A stretch of 64,000 bases of DNA from Desulfomicrobium sp. (GTDB lineage Bacteria > Desulfobacterota > Desulfovibrionia > Desulfovibrionales > Desulfomicrobiaceae). Both the position numbers and the translations under genes were made by a program. Positions 28,171-37,027 of this stretch are shown here, one piece after another. The notes below the pieces were generated by a model. It saw nothing but the letters and a program-made list of their open reading frames with translations. It did not search any database and had not been told where the DNA came from. Numbering within the stretch: the first letter of the stretch is position 1; the number at the start of each line of letters is the position of its first letter. The stretch is from positions 66,680 to 130,679 of the forward strand of contig JBFWJY010000002.1 in NCBI GenBank assembly GCA_050252955.1, in the 5' to 3' direction.

Positions 28171-28210
28171 AAAAAAGCCCTCCTAGAGCTGGTGATACTC
28201 TTGGAGGGCT
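28171..28210 (-). terminator. Hairpin plus T-run immediately upstream of the holin start
   Basis: Coding strand AGCCCTCC-(19 nt)-GGAGGGCT-TTTTT-ATG. The 3' arm doubles as the holin Shine-Dalgarno sequence. Confidence 0.4.
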
Positions 28211-28264
28211 TGGCGGGATAAGACGAAATGTTTCGGGGTGAAAAGTCCTTCTTCTGCCTATCGC

Positions 28265-28657
28265 TTACTTCGTTTCAGGGTGATCGACAAGAGTGTTTGC
28301 CGATTTGATCGGCAGGGGAAGCTGCTTGGCCCCCGCCGTCGCGCTGGACAAGATATACACATAGCGGTCCGTGACGCCGCATTGCTCTGCTATCTCAGCC
28401 TTTGTCAGCCCTTCATCGAGCAGCTGAAGCACCTTGGCTTTGCAGTGTTCGCGGCGGCCGTTCGGGACCACGATATCTTCCCCCGGATAGGCCGCGCAAA
28501 GCGCCTCCATCCCATCCACGCCGACCAGCTTGGCCAGCCAGTGGTCCGGGCTCGCCTGGCGCGGGACATAGAACTTGATGCCGCCCTTGCCCCTGGTCAG
28601 CACCAGGGCCATGTCATCACCGAGAATGCTCACGAGCTCAGGATAGCTGACCCACAT
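28265..28657 (-). CDS. Mor/C-family transcriptional activator
   Basis: C-terminal HTH (GLTKAEIAEQCGVTDRYVYIL) and the position between GemA and the lysis genes, as for Mu Mor/C. Confidence 0.65.
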   Translation of the reverse strand: MWVSYPELVSILGDDMALVLTRGKGGIKFYVPRQASPDHWLAKLVGVDGMEALCAAYPGEDIVVPNGRREHCKAKVLQLLDEGLTKAEIAEQCGVTDRYVYILSSATAGAKQLPLPIKSANTLVDHPETK

Positions 28658-29199
28658 TACTGAACCCTCCGCCCGTGTTTATGAGCGTCCCGGATCAGGG
28701 CCACGATCACGCCGCGCAGCTCCATGGCAGAGGCATCCTCGAAGCTCTTCACCTTGCCGCCGGTCTGGCGTTTCAAGATGGCCATGGCGTACCCCCATGG
28801 GACGTCCGTACCCTCGACGCGGCCCTTCTCTGATAGCAGCGCCTCGATCTTGCGGATCTGCGCATCAACGTCATAGGGGTCTGCGCTTTTGCGGCGCGGC
28901 GTCGGCTGGAAGCCCAAGCGCTGAAGGTGCAGAAGCAGATCGTTCAGGCCGGTCATATCCAGATCCTTGCTCGAATCCACGCCGAAGCGCTCCGACAGGA
29001 TACCCCTGTAGATTTCATCATCCAGCCCCAGGCGCTGCTTGGCGATATGCACCTTGGCCAGCATCGCCTTCTGGTTCTCGCGCTGCAGCCCGCCGCGTTT
29101 ACGGGGCGCGACCTTGGCCGGGTCCTGTTTACGGGCCGGGGCCTTGGCCAGCGTCGCTGGATCCACGGGCTTTCCGGTGAAAATCGATAGAACGGTCAT
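28657..29199 (-). CDS. GemA-like protein (Mu gp16, DUF1018)
   Basis: MLAKVHIAKQRLGLDDEIYRGILSERFGVDSSKDL...LLLHLQRLGF. ATG at 29199 is preceded by GAGGAG at 5 nt. Confidence 0.7.
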   Translation of the reverse strand: MTVLSIFTGKPVDPATLAKAPARKQDPAKVAPRKRGGLQRENQKAMLAKVHIAKQRLGLDDEIYRGILSERFGVDSSKDLDMTGLNDLLLHLQRLGFQPTPRRKSADPYDVDAQIRKIEALLSEKGRVEGTDVPWGYAMAILKRQTGGKVKSFEDASAMELRGVIVALIRDAHKHGRRVQ

Positions 29200-29267
29200 C
29201 TTGACTCCTCGGCTGCTCATCAGGCCCGGGCCGCCACGCCCGGACGACCTCCCGCAGGAGGTTTCGC

Positions 29268-29738
29268 TTATCGTCTGCTTGCCGTCCCGTATTCCTCAAG
29301 AGGCATGTCCAAACCCTTGCGGACGGCGGTCCAGCATTCCGGGCAGCGCCTCCAGTAGCCAGCCGGCATCGGCTGCCCGCAATCTGCGCAGCGCTTCCCG
29401 CTGGACTGCTTGGAACGCCATGAGGCCCGTTCAGGGCGGGGTGCTCGCTTCAGCTTAGCGGCGGACCTGGCGTTTGATTTCTCCGCCATAACGTCGCCCC
29501 TGACTTTCTCAACCCACGCCATGGTGGGCTCAAATTCGACTCCCCACACCTTCAACATGGTTGTGCGGATGACCACGGCCTTGCACCTGCCCTCAGCGGG
29601 AAACCTGATCATATACATGGCAGAGAGTGCGGTTTTGTTGGACTGAACATAAGGCATCCGCATCCCCCGAGGGCCGCGCAGCCTGCCGTCAATGCTCAGT
29701 TCATATTCCGGATTCTCCGGGAGCACCTTCCAGCTCAT
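29268..29738 (-). CDS. NUMOD4-motif protein with C-terminal zinc ribbon
   Basis: WKVLPENPEYELSIDGRLRG (NUMOD4-like) and CADCG...CPEC. Confidence 0.6.
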   Translation of the reverse strand: MSWKVLPENPEYELSIDGRLRGPRGMRMPYVQSNKTALSAMYMIRFPAEGRCKAVVIRTTMLKVWGVEFEPTMAWVEKVRGDVMAEKSNARSAAKLKRAPRPERASWRSKQSSGKRCADCGQPMPAGYWRRCPECWTAVRKGLDMPLEEYGTASRR

Positions 29739-30160
29739 GGCCTTTCCTCCCTCGCAACGATGTCCTCAGCGGCGACGTACCGCGTTCCACCGTAGACCGT
29801 CACAGGCACCATCCAGCGGCCGTCATGGGCCAGGATGAACGGCCCAACCGTAAACCCGCCCTCGACCCGTGTGCGCCCTTCATCCTCGATTCGCACGCTG
29901 ATCCTTGACCCCCTTCGAAGGCTTGGGCGCGGTGCCGGAGCACCCACTGTTCCCAGCGCAGCCGAAGCGACCAGGTGGGCGAGGCCGTCACGATCCAGAA
30001 AGAGCACTTCGCCCTCGGGGCCATCATGCCAGCGACGGTCGACTCGGACACGGAAAAGGCCCTCGGGGCCTCCGTGGATCTCCGCCGGGGACAGTTCAAA
30101 GCGGGTTCGCTTCGTGCCCATCCTGACACTAAAGCCGCCTGTAAAAATGCGATTATCCAT
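29735..30160 (-). CDS. Hypothetical early protein
   Basis: Start MDNRIF at 30160, preceded by GAGGAG. The upstream part of the track ORF (to 30484) overlaps other genes. Confidence 0.55.
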   Translation of the reverse strand: MDNRIFTGGFSVRMGTKRTRFELSPAEIHGGPEGLFRVRVDRRWHDGPEGEVLFLDRDGLAHLVASAALGTVGAPAPRPSLRRGSRISVRIEDEGRTRVEGGFTVGPFILAHDGRWMVPVTVYGGTRYVAAEDIVAREERP

Positions 30161-30171
30161 GCAAAGCTCCT

Positions 30172-30276
30172 CTAAACCCGGTCGCCCATGAACAAGGCGA
30201 GAAACACGAAAAGAACCGAAGCGGCATTGTGCTCCAAGGCCAAGATGAAGGCGATAACTACACAGACCGCCCTCAT
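30172..30276 (-). CDS. 34-aa hydrophobic micro-ORF
   Basis: MRAVCVVIAFILALEHNAASVLFVFLALFMGDRV. Its ATG overlaps the upstream TGA (ATGA) and its TAG sits inside the next gene's SD region. It exactly fills an otherwise empty gap. Below the ORF-track size cutoff. Confidence 0.45.
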   Translation of the reverse strand: MRAVCVVIAFILALEHNAASVLFVFLALFMGDRV

Positions 30277-30710
30277 GCCTGTCGACACTCCACAGCATGG
30301 GCGTCACGATAGTGCGAAAGAATCTCCCTGATGCGGTCAAAGTCTTCCGCCACGACAGTGCAGCCAAGGCTTTCAAGCATGGTCTCAGCAGGCCCCATGA
30401 TGATTGACGCCCGGCGCTCAGCATCATCCCATGACAGGAGTGGGGCCAGCGCCACTTCCAATGCTTCCAAATTCTTGCGTGCATACAGCAGCTTCTTGTT
30501 CTGCGTCGTCAGGATCTGCCGGTGGCGTTCGCTTTCGGCCAGCTCGGACCCAAGCCCACGAAGCTGCTCTTCCTGGATCGACAAGGTGCCAAGGGCCGAC
30601 CGAAGATGTGCGTCTTGTTCTTCCAAGCGGTCCGCAATGGCCTGCAGCACCCGGTGGCTGAGTGTCTGGTTGTTGGCGCGGATCAGGTTGACCATCTGTT
30701 CAGTTGTCAT
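30273..30710 (-). CDS. Hypothetical coiled-coil early protein
   Basis: Start MTTEQM at 30710 (ATGA coupling). Confidence 0.55.
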   Translation of the reverse strand: MTTEQMVNLIRANNQTLSHRVLQAIADRLEEQDAHLRSALGTLSIQEEQLRGLGSELAESERHRQILTTQNKKLLYARKNLEALEVALAPLLSWDDAERRASIIMGPAETMLESLGCTVVAEDFDRIREILSHYRDAHAVECRQA

Positions 30711-31261
30711 TCTTCCCCCCTCTGTATCCCAAGCCGCTCCCGCCACCCCTTAATCCCTTCGGACAGGGGCACGATGGGCTTGTCGTCATGCTCCGGGTCC
30801 CGGCGGCGCTGTTGCGGTTCCTGGGGCCTGAATTTCGCTTCATTTTCCTTCTTCACATTGCCCTGGTGCCAAGCCTTTTCAGCGACCTCGTAAACAACCG
30901 CCCTGAGATAATTGTGACCGTCGAGCGGCCGCTCCAGCTTGCCCTGGGCGTCCCGGTCCAGCATCGTCTGAATGCCCTGAACCCAGAACTCCGGACGGCT
31001 CGGCACCACGCGCTGGCCCTTCCAACTCATGTCCTTTTCGGCCACCAGGTCGCTCAGCTCCGCCACGATCCGGCCCACGCGCTCCCAGGTCAAAACCCTG
31101 GCTGACGCTGGCTTGCGGAACATGCCGAGGTACGCCCAGCAGAGGCGAGGCAGGTCGCCGGGCAGCTTGCCGACAGCCACCACGGCCCGCTTGGCATCGT
31201 CGTCCACCAGGAAGGATTCCAGGGGGCCATAACCCCCGCAGACTGGGCAGGTGGCTTTCAT
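30707..31261 (-). CDS. Hypothetical early protein with N-terminal CPVCGG zinc-ribbon-like motif
   Basis: Start MKATCPVCGG at 31261 (ATGA coupling with the upstream gene). Confidence 0.55.
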   Translation of the reverse strand: MKATCPVCGGYGPLESFLVDDDAKRAVVAVGKLPGDLPRLCWAYLGMFRKPASARVLTWERVGRIVAELSDLVAEKDMSWKGQRVVPSRPEFWVQGIQTMLDRDAQGKLERPLDGHNYLRAVVYEVAEKAWHQGNVKKENEAKFRPQEPQQRRRDPEHDDKPIVPLSEGIKGWRERLGIQRGEE

Positions 31262-31665
31262 GCTTCCACCAACTCGATGGATTTGAAGGTCTTTTCGTAG
31301 TGAGTGCGGACGGCGCGAACTGATGGGAAGTACGAATAAAAACACACGAATTTTTTATCCATATCCCCAAGATACTTCTTTGCTTCACGCTTTCCGAAGC
31401 GCTTTGCGAACTTCGCGGCTCCATCCCGCTCTTTTTTTGGCCAAAGATAACGTTCGTGACGCCTCATGTAAGCCTGTTCTGGGCAGGGTTTCGTGACATC
31501 AAGCCACGCACCTTTCGCCCAGCCATCAACAAACACTAGGATTACCATCTTCATTTTGTCAGTACGGACTGCCAGCTCCACGTCCCTGCCATCCACACGC
31601 AGGGACATCTTGGCACCCGGAAAGCACAGCCTATCTTCAACCTTCTTCCAATCTTCGCGATTCAT
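31258..31665 (-). CDS. Hypothetical early protein
   Basis: 135 aa, ATGA-coupled on both sides, somewhat AT-richer than its neighbours. Confidence 0.55.
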   Translation of the reverse strand: MNREDWKKVEDRLCFPGAKMSLRVDGRDVELAVRTDKMKMVILVFVDGWAKGAWLDVTKPCPEQAYMRRHERYLWPKKERDGAAKFAKRFGKREAKKYLGDMDKKFVCFYSYFPSVRAVRTHYEKTFKSIELVEA

Positions 31666-31910
31666 GCCGCCGCCTGCCGACCGGCTTCCTTCAGACGCTG
31701 TCCGGCCTCGCGCACCAGCCCCAAAAGTTCGTCACCGAACCCTTCGAGCTCCAAAACAGCGTCCACCGCGCGGTCTTGCTCGTAACGATCCTCGAAGTTG
31801 CAGCGGTCTTGGAGGGTGCGAACAACGCGCTTCACGCTGCCAAGATGCTCCTTTGACTTCTGTTCGACTTCTGAGAGTAGCCAGCTCAGGACTTCTTCAG
31901 CTTCGCACAT
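31662..31910 (-). CDS. Hypothetical small acidic early protein
   Basis: Start uncertain. ATG at 31910 (MCEAEEVL) chosen; alternatives at 31940 and 31946. Confidence 0.4.
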   Translation of the reverse strand: MCEAEEVLSWLLSEVEQKSKEHLGSVKRVVRTLQDRCNFEDRYEQDRAVDAVLELEGFGDELLGLVREAGQRLKEAGRQAAA

Positions 31911-32125
31911 AGACTCATCTTCTCCTTGATTCGTTTCCATTCCCATGCGCAGTATCTCTTCCCGTCCGCAGCGGGCGGGAACACTGTTTTGCCGCAATAG
32001 CTGTCATCCCGCCCATTTCGAAGCTTTCGCTTGTTCCATGCGCAGCAAAATTCCTTACAGAAGCTGCGGGGCACTTCGTCGATCGTTGGGGTGTTTTCCC
32101 TGGTGATTACTTCTGTTCCGCCCAC
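31886..32125 (-). CDS. Hypothetical Cys-rich small early protein
   Basis: GTG start preceded by GAGGAGG at 6 nt. 79 aa with 6 Cys. Confidence 0.55.
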   Translation of the reverse strand: MGGTEVITRENTPTIDEVPRSFCKEFCCAWNKRKLRNGRDDSYCGKTVFPPAADGKRYCAWEWKRIKEKMSLCAKLKKS

Positions 32126-32346
32126 TTAAAACCTCCTCGCTGATTCGATGGTGGCGACGAACCCCAACGGTTCGCCGCCACTCTTGATTCAGCCACCCGT
32201 CTCGTGGGTGCTACGGTGCGGTCACGGCCAGGAGGGACCGCCCGCGCTGCAGGTGTTGCCGAGGTGTATGTGTCCCGACAGGGGCACCGCCTGCTGGGCC
32301 GATATCGTGACGGCGAGAGACCTCGCCGCCACTCGGGGCCAACAGG

Positions 32347-32946
32347 CTAGACCGATGCCATATCCAGCGGAACGGCCGTGTAGCGATCCCCAGCGACGCG
32401 CTCGTACAACCTGAAGTAGGCCGTAGTTCCCGTCACCTGCAGGCTGTCGGAGATGGCCTCCATGGCCCTCAGCCATCGGTCGTCGTCGATGTTCAAGCGG
32501 CGCAAGCCCAAGATGCGGCCCGTATTGATCTTCCCCTCTCGGTCGACCTGGAAGGCGTCATTTATGAGCGCCTGCAGCTCCGTGCGGCTGCCCTTCGTCC
32601 ACTCCCTGATGCATTCGTCGATCAGGGCCTTGGCCGCCTGCAGCCGTTCGTCAAAACTCAGGTTCTCGGAGATCTGGCGGCGCAGCTTGAAGCGGCCGTC
32701 AAAGCTCATCAGCGTCACATTGCCTTTCTGCCCGCCCACCTGGGCGTCGTACTTTTGGGCGGCCAGGGACACGAAAGCCTCAATGTCGCCCATGATCTCC
32801 GCCTTGAGCTTGCGTATCATCTCTTGCGCGGCCTTGATCTTCTCCGCCTTCTCCACGACCAGCTCATCCCGAGCCAGGTCGATGGGCTGGATCTGCTCCA
32901 ATGGCACCAGGTGCCCGGCAGCGTTCTTCTTGTAACCTTCCATCAC
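32347..32946 (-). CDS. DUF3164-like protein (conserved Mu-like early protein)
   Basis: GNVTLMSFDGRFKL...FDERLQAAKALIDECI matches my memory of DUF3164. Confidence 0.65.
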   Translation of the reverse strand: MMEGYKKNAAGHLVPLEQIQPIDLARDELVVEKAEKIKAAQEMIRKLKAEIMGDIEAFVSLAAQKYDAQVGGQKGNVTLMSFDGRFKLRRQISENLSFDERLQAAKALIDECIREWTKGSRTELQALINDAFQVDREGKINTGRILGLRRLNIDDDRWLRAMEAISDSLQVTGTTAYFRLYERVAGDRYTAVPLDMASV

Positions 32947-33179
32947 ATTGCCTCCTTGAACTCGTTCTCTTCGATCACTTCGACCACTTCGGGCTCTTCT
33001 GCCGTTGCCTGTGCTGCGGGGCGTGGCACCACAAGGTTCCGCTCCATCTCTTCCGCCGTGTCCGCAGCGGCGGCCAAGTTGGAGCGCACAATGCGGATCA
33101 GCGCCGCCTGCTCGTTGCTTACTTGGTGCATCAGAGTGCCCAGGGCCGCCGCGTTGTTTCTGATTTCGTTACTGACCAT
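32943..33179 (-). CDS. Hypothetical small early protein
   Basis: ATG at 33179 is preceded by GGAGGG at 5 nt. The upstream part of the track ORF was rejected. Confidence 0.5.
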   Translation of the reverse strand: MVSNEIRNNAAALGTLMHQVSNEQAALIRIVRSNLAAAADTAEEMERNLVVPRPAAQATAEEPEVVEVIEENEFKEAM

Positions 33180-33546
33180 TGTTCCCTCCGTGGGGGCATT
33201 CGCCACGGCAGGCCCGGAACAGCCTGACCGCGAGCGGGTTGATTGATGAAAAAGGTTGATCTTGATTTTGACGACAGCGCTCAGCGCTGATGTGGCCAAG
33301 GACGGGGCATTCAACGCCGCCCAGGACGGCCTCCACGCGGGCTTGGATGAAGTCCAGACGGGCGTGGTGGGCATTGCGAATCGCCAGCGACACCAGGGCC
33401 GGGGAAACGCCCAGTGAGGCGGCTACGGTGCGCATACTGGATCTGTCGCAGGCCTCGGCAAGCGTCACCACCCACTCCGGCAGGTACATGGGCAGGACTT
33501 CGCCCCACCCCGAAAGGGCCAATTTCATTGCGCTTTGCCGTTTCAC
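33169..33546 (-). CDS. Putative HTH DNA-binding early protein with Cys-rich C-terminus
   Basis: MRTVAASLGVSPALVSLAIRN (HTH-like) followed by CPVLGHISAERC...CRGEC. Confidence 0.5.
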   Translation of the reverse strand: MKRQSAMKLALSGWGEVLPMYLPEWVVTLAEACDRSSMRTVAASLGVSPALVSLAIRNAHHARLDFIQARVEAVLGGVECPVLGHISAERCRQNQDQPFSSINPLAVRLFRACRGECPHGGNNGQ

Positions 33547-34148
33547 AGGTCGTCCCTGCCTTCCGGGTCAGCGGCGTAAACAACCTTGTCCGTGTTCGGG
33601 TCGAAGAGCTGCTTTACGCGCAGGATCTGCGGGGCCTTGCACCCGGTGAAGCGGGCGCGAATGAAGCGGAACCGCTCCCCGGACTGAACCAGGTAGCCGC
33701 CACGAGCCAGCCAACCGCAATAAGTCTTGGCCTCGGAGTGGGCGACGGCAGCGCCGGGGATGCTGGCCGCGTGCATGAGCTCCCTGGGGGAGAATTCGCC
33801 CAGGATCTGCATGGCCTTCCACATCCGGTTGCGTCCAGATTCGGGCAGCATGGTCCCGTCCTTGCGGACGCGCGGGGCGCGCACGCCAGTGTCGTTGATC
33901 AGTTCGAATCGCATCGGCTCGAACCGAACGGCCAGCCCCTTGCCCACGATCCCGGCCCGGACCAGGCCGACCAGGTAGTCCTTGGCCTTGCTGTCCGAAA
34001 TGGCGGCGTCGCGGTCCTTGCCGGTGTTTACGGCGCGGCACAGGTCGCGGATTGTAAACACTCGAAGATCCCGCATCGCCGCCCACAACCGTTCCCGGTC
34101 GGTCAGCACTCCCGCCGGGGAGCAATGCCTTGCGGGTGCCTGACTCAT
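33543..34148 (-). CDS. Hypothetical protein with internally duplicated winged-helix-like domain
   Basis: RERLWAAMRDLRVFTIRDLCRAV...AKDYLVGLVRAGIV is repeated as RNRMWKAMQILGEFSPRELMHAA...AKTYCGWLARGGYL. Confidence 0.6.
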   Translation of the reverse strand: MSQAPARHCSPAGVLTDRERLWAAMRDLRVFTIRDLCRAVNTGKDRDAAISDSKAKDYLVGLVRAGIVGKGLAVRFEPMRFELINDTGVRAPRVRKDGTMLPESGRNRMWKAMQILGEFSPRELMHAASIPGAAVAHSEAKTYCGWLARGGYLVQSGERFRFIRARFTGCKAPQILRVKQLFDPNTDKVVYAADPEGRDDL

Positions 34149-34885
34149 GCGCTCCTCCGGCGGCTCGGGGCCTCCCCTGTGTACAGTTCGCGGGAGCCCC
34201 AGGTGGTCAAGTCCATCACGTCCCGGCCTTCCACCTGAGCCTGCTCTTCGATCCGCGAGATGTTCACGCAGATCCGCCGCACCGATCCCCCGGCCACGTC
34301 GTGAATCTTGGCCAGCAGGTCGTCCGCAATCTGCACCTTGGTGGAGTGCAGTTCGGACAAGGTCTTGCAGTCTTCAAGGCTCGCTGGTTGAGCAGGCGCC
34401 CAGTCCAGCACGCGGCCGTGGAAGCGCTCCCAGCGCTTCAGCTTGCCCGGAAGGCCCTCTTCGCCGATGAGCATCACCGGGGCCTGGCTGGCTTCGTATA
34501 AGTCCCTGATGATCTCAATCGTGCCCCTTTCGAGCAGGTAGTCCACTTCGTCGACGATCAGGGGGCGCTTGCTCAGAGCCAGCTCCTCGGCAATCTGGTC
34601 GCTCATCTCGGCCACGGTTTTGGCCGGGAGAACGCCCAGGCCTTTCAAGATGGCCTGGTGGGCTGCCTTGCGGGTCCAAGAGGAGCGGGCCTGCACATAC
34701 ACGGCATCACAGTGGATGGTTGCCACCGTGGCGGCCGTGGACTTGCCGTATCCGGACGGTCCGTAGAACACGACGATCCCAGGCAGGTGCGCAGGGCGCG
34801 TGATGGCTCGTCTCAGAGTGGACAGGCACATGGCGACATTTCCAAGCGGTGCTACCCCGGGGCCGGGGTTGGGGACTAGGGACAT
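34145..34885 (-). CDS. MuB-like AAA+ transposition ATPase
   Basis: Walker A FYGPSGYGKST and Walker B LIVDEVDYL. Lies directly downstream of the transposase. Confidence 0.85.
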   Translation of the reverse strand: MSLVPNPGPGVAPLGNVAMCLSTLRRAITRPAHLPGIVVFYGPSGYGKSTAATVATIHCDAVYVQARSSWTRKAAHQAILKGLGVLPAKTVAEMSDQIAEELALSKRPLIVDEVDYLLERGTIEIIRDLYEASQAPVMLIGEEGLPGKLKRWERFHGRVLDWAPAQPASLEDCKTLSELHSTKVQIADDLLAKIHDVAGGSVRRICVNISRIEEQAQVEGRDVMDLTTWGSRELYTGEAPSRRRSA

Positions 34886-34948
34886 GACAGGTTCTCCTTG
34901 AAGGTTGTGGTTTAGGGCCTTGCGGCCCTGGTCGATAATTCTGAAATT

Positions 34949-37027
34949 TTAACCGTTTACCGCGCAAATCTGGTACATTTGACGAAACCCATCAGCCTCA
35001 TTGCTGGCCGCGTAAATGCGGGCCCACTTGGCCTCCGCTTCGGTCAGGTCCTCGCGCGCCTGAAGGACCAGCAGCAGCTTGTAGCGCTGCTGGGCAGTCG
35101 CCGGGGGCACAAAGCCCGGCACGATCTCACGTGCCTGCTCGGTGACGGCCACGGCGGGGATGTGGGCGTTTACGGCATCGGCGGCGGCTTCGAGTTCCGG
35201 GGTGGTGTAGACGGTGGAGCGCTGGTCAACGCCCTTGGCGCGAATGGCCTCTGCGCGCTTGCGGTGGTGCTCGCGGATCACGGGCATGGCCTGGCCAGCC
35301 TCGGTCAGCTTGGCCATGGCGCGCATCTCCTTGGACACGGCCTTTGGAGCCGCCTGGCTGACGCGCCGCATGGCCTTGGCCTCTTCGCGCATCTGGTCAG
35401 CGCTCAGGGCGTCTGTCCGCGATGCCTTGCACATAAAGTTGCCGTCATCGTCGAACACATACGCCCAGGACAGGTCCGCAGGATCCATTCGGACCTGCAC
35501 GCGGTGGCCGACCAGCCCGCCCAGCTCCGGCGCGACATAGAGGCCGGAGGCGCAGCGCAGGCCCTTCTTGCCCACATCTCGGAACCCGCCGCCGCTGGCC
35601 AGGGGCACCAGCAGGACGTCCAGGGCGCGTTCATTTTCAATCCGCCTGACCGGCATGATCCATTCCTGGGCAACTTCCCAGGGCGTGCGGCCGCCCAGCC
35701 CTGCATGGGGGCGGTGGGCATAGGTGTTTTCGCACCAGTCGTCGCAAAAGGCCTGCAACTCCTGGGGGGAGAAGGCCATGGACAGCTCCTGGGGGTTCTT
35801 GCGATCCATGAGGCGCTTGGCGAAGGCCTCGCGCTCTCGGATCTCCTGGCGTGTGGCCACATTGTGGCCCACATAGCAGGGGCAGATCGTCAAAAGATGG
35901 TGCGAGAAGGTCCGGAACGCGCGTTCGATCCCCGGTTTCAAATCGGGCCGGAACGGGGGCAGGATGGTCTGCAGGACGCCCAGCGAATGGAAGACCTGCT
36001 GCAGGTAGCTGGCAACAAAATCCTTGCCGTTGTCGGTCACGACTTCCTCGGGAGCGCCCCAATCAATGAGGCAGCGACGTGTCAAAGCTGCCACATCGCG
36101 GGCCGTGGACGTGGGCACCACTTCCAGCTTCAGGCGACGGTCGAAAATATTGATTACGCCGATGATTGCGTAGCGCTTTCCGTCGGAAAGCATGATGTCC
36201 GAGGGGGTGCCGTCATACTCCCAAAGCTGGTTTTGCCTGACAATCAGCTCGTAGGCGTCGCCACAGGCGGCCATGAAGCGGCTCCGCCACTTGTCCGGCG
36301 CCTGGACATACATCCATTCGCCCGGGTGGGCCTTCTTCCACTCGGAAACCCACGCCTGTAGGCGGCGCAAAGACGGGACTTTCTGAAATTTTGCTTCAAG
36401 CCATTCGCGGATGAGCTGAGTCGAGGCATTGGGGTGCTCGGCCAGCATGCCCAGGATGGATTCGCGCATCAGGGGGGTGCTTTCGATGATGCCCGTTCCC
36501 TTGCGGTGTTTACCAAACTTCCCGCCAAGCGCGGCAGGTCCTTCTTTCTCCTCGGCTTCGAGCCAGTTCTTCACAGAGTTCGGGCTGAAACTCGGGAGCT
36601 CCTCACGCAGCCAGGACTCCGCCTCAATCTCGCCCGCAGCCCACCGCACTGCGAAGGCCTCGCGACACGGAGTGTCCGCAAGGTTGGCCCTGGCCGCGAA
36701 CGATTTGTAAAGGGCGATGATCGCAGTTCTTGTCGCGAACCTGATCTTTTTCTTGCCCTTCAGCTTCATAATATCGGCCAGGCCCGCTTCTTTGGCCGGG
36801 GTGATGGCAGGCGGGGTGTAGGGGCACGACTTGGTGGCGATGCGCACGCTCACGTCTTTGGGTAGGCCTGCGACTGGAAACAGCTTGGCCCTCCCTTCCC
36901 ATATTGCCGGCCATCCTCCTTTTTTTGCCATCTTATCTACAGCCTGCCTGGAGCAACCCAGGATTTGCCCGATGTCTGCGGCAGAGAGCGCCTCTTTTTC
37001 GCTGATGGGCTGATCTACTTTGGCCAT
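34949..37027 (-). CDS. MuA-like DDE transposase
   Basis: 692 aa. N-terminal HTH (ADIGQILGCSRQAVDKMAK), then an rve-type core with DGTPSD, VVTDNGKDF and YAHRPHAGLGGRTPWE. Confidence 0.9.
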   Translation of the reverse strand: MAKVDQPISEKEALSAADIGQILGCSRQAVDKMAKKGGWPAIWEGRAKLFPVAGLPKDVSVRIATKSCPYTPPAITPAKEAGLADIMKLKGKKKIRFATRTAIIALYKSFAARANLADTPCREAFAVRWAAGEIEAESWLREELPSFSPNSVKNWLEAEEKEGPAALGGKFGKHRKGTGIIESTPLMRESILGMLAEHPNASTQLIREWLEAKFQKVPSLRRLQAWVSEWKKAHPGEWMYVQAPDKWRSRFMAACGDAYELIVRQNQLWEYDGTPSDIMLSDGKRYAIIGVINIFDRRLKLEVVPTSTARDVAALTRRCLIDWGAPEEVVTDNGKDFVASYLQQVFHSLGVLQTILPPFRPDLKPGIERAFRTFSHHLLTICPCYVGHNVATRQEIREREAFAKRLMDRKNPQELSMAFSPQELQAFCDDWCENTYAHRPHAGLGGRTPWEVAQEWIMPVRRIENERALDVLLVPLASGGGFRDVGKKGLRCASGLYVAPELGGLVGHRVQVRMDPADLSWAYVFDDDGNFMCKASRTDALSADQMREEAKAMRRVSQAAPKAVSKEMRAMAKLTEAGQAMPVIREHHRKRAEAIRAKGVDQRSTVYTTPELEAAADAVNAHIPAVAVTEQAREIVPGFVPPATAQQRYKLLLVLQAREDLTEAEAKWARIYAASNEADGFRQMYQICAVNG

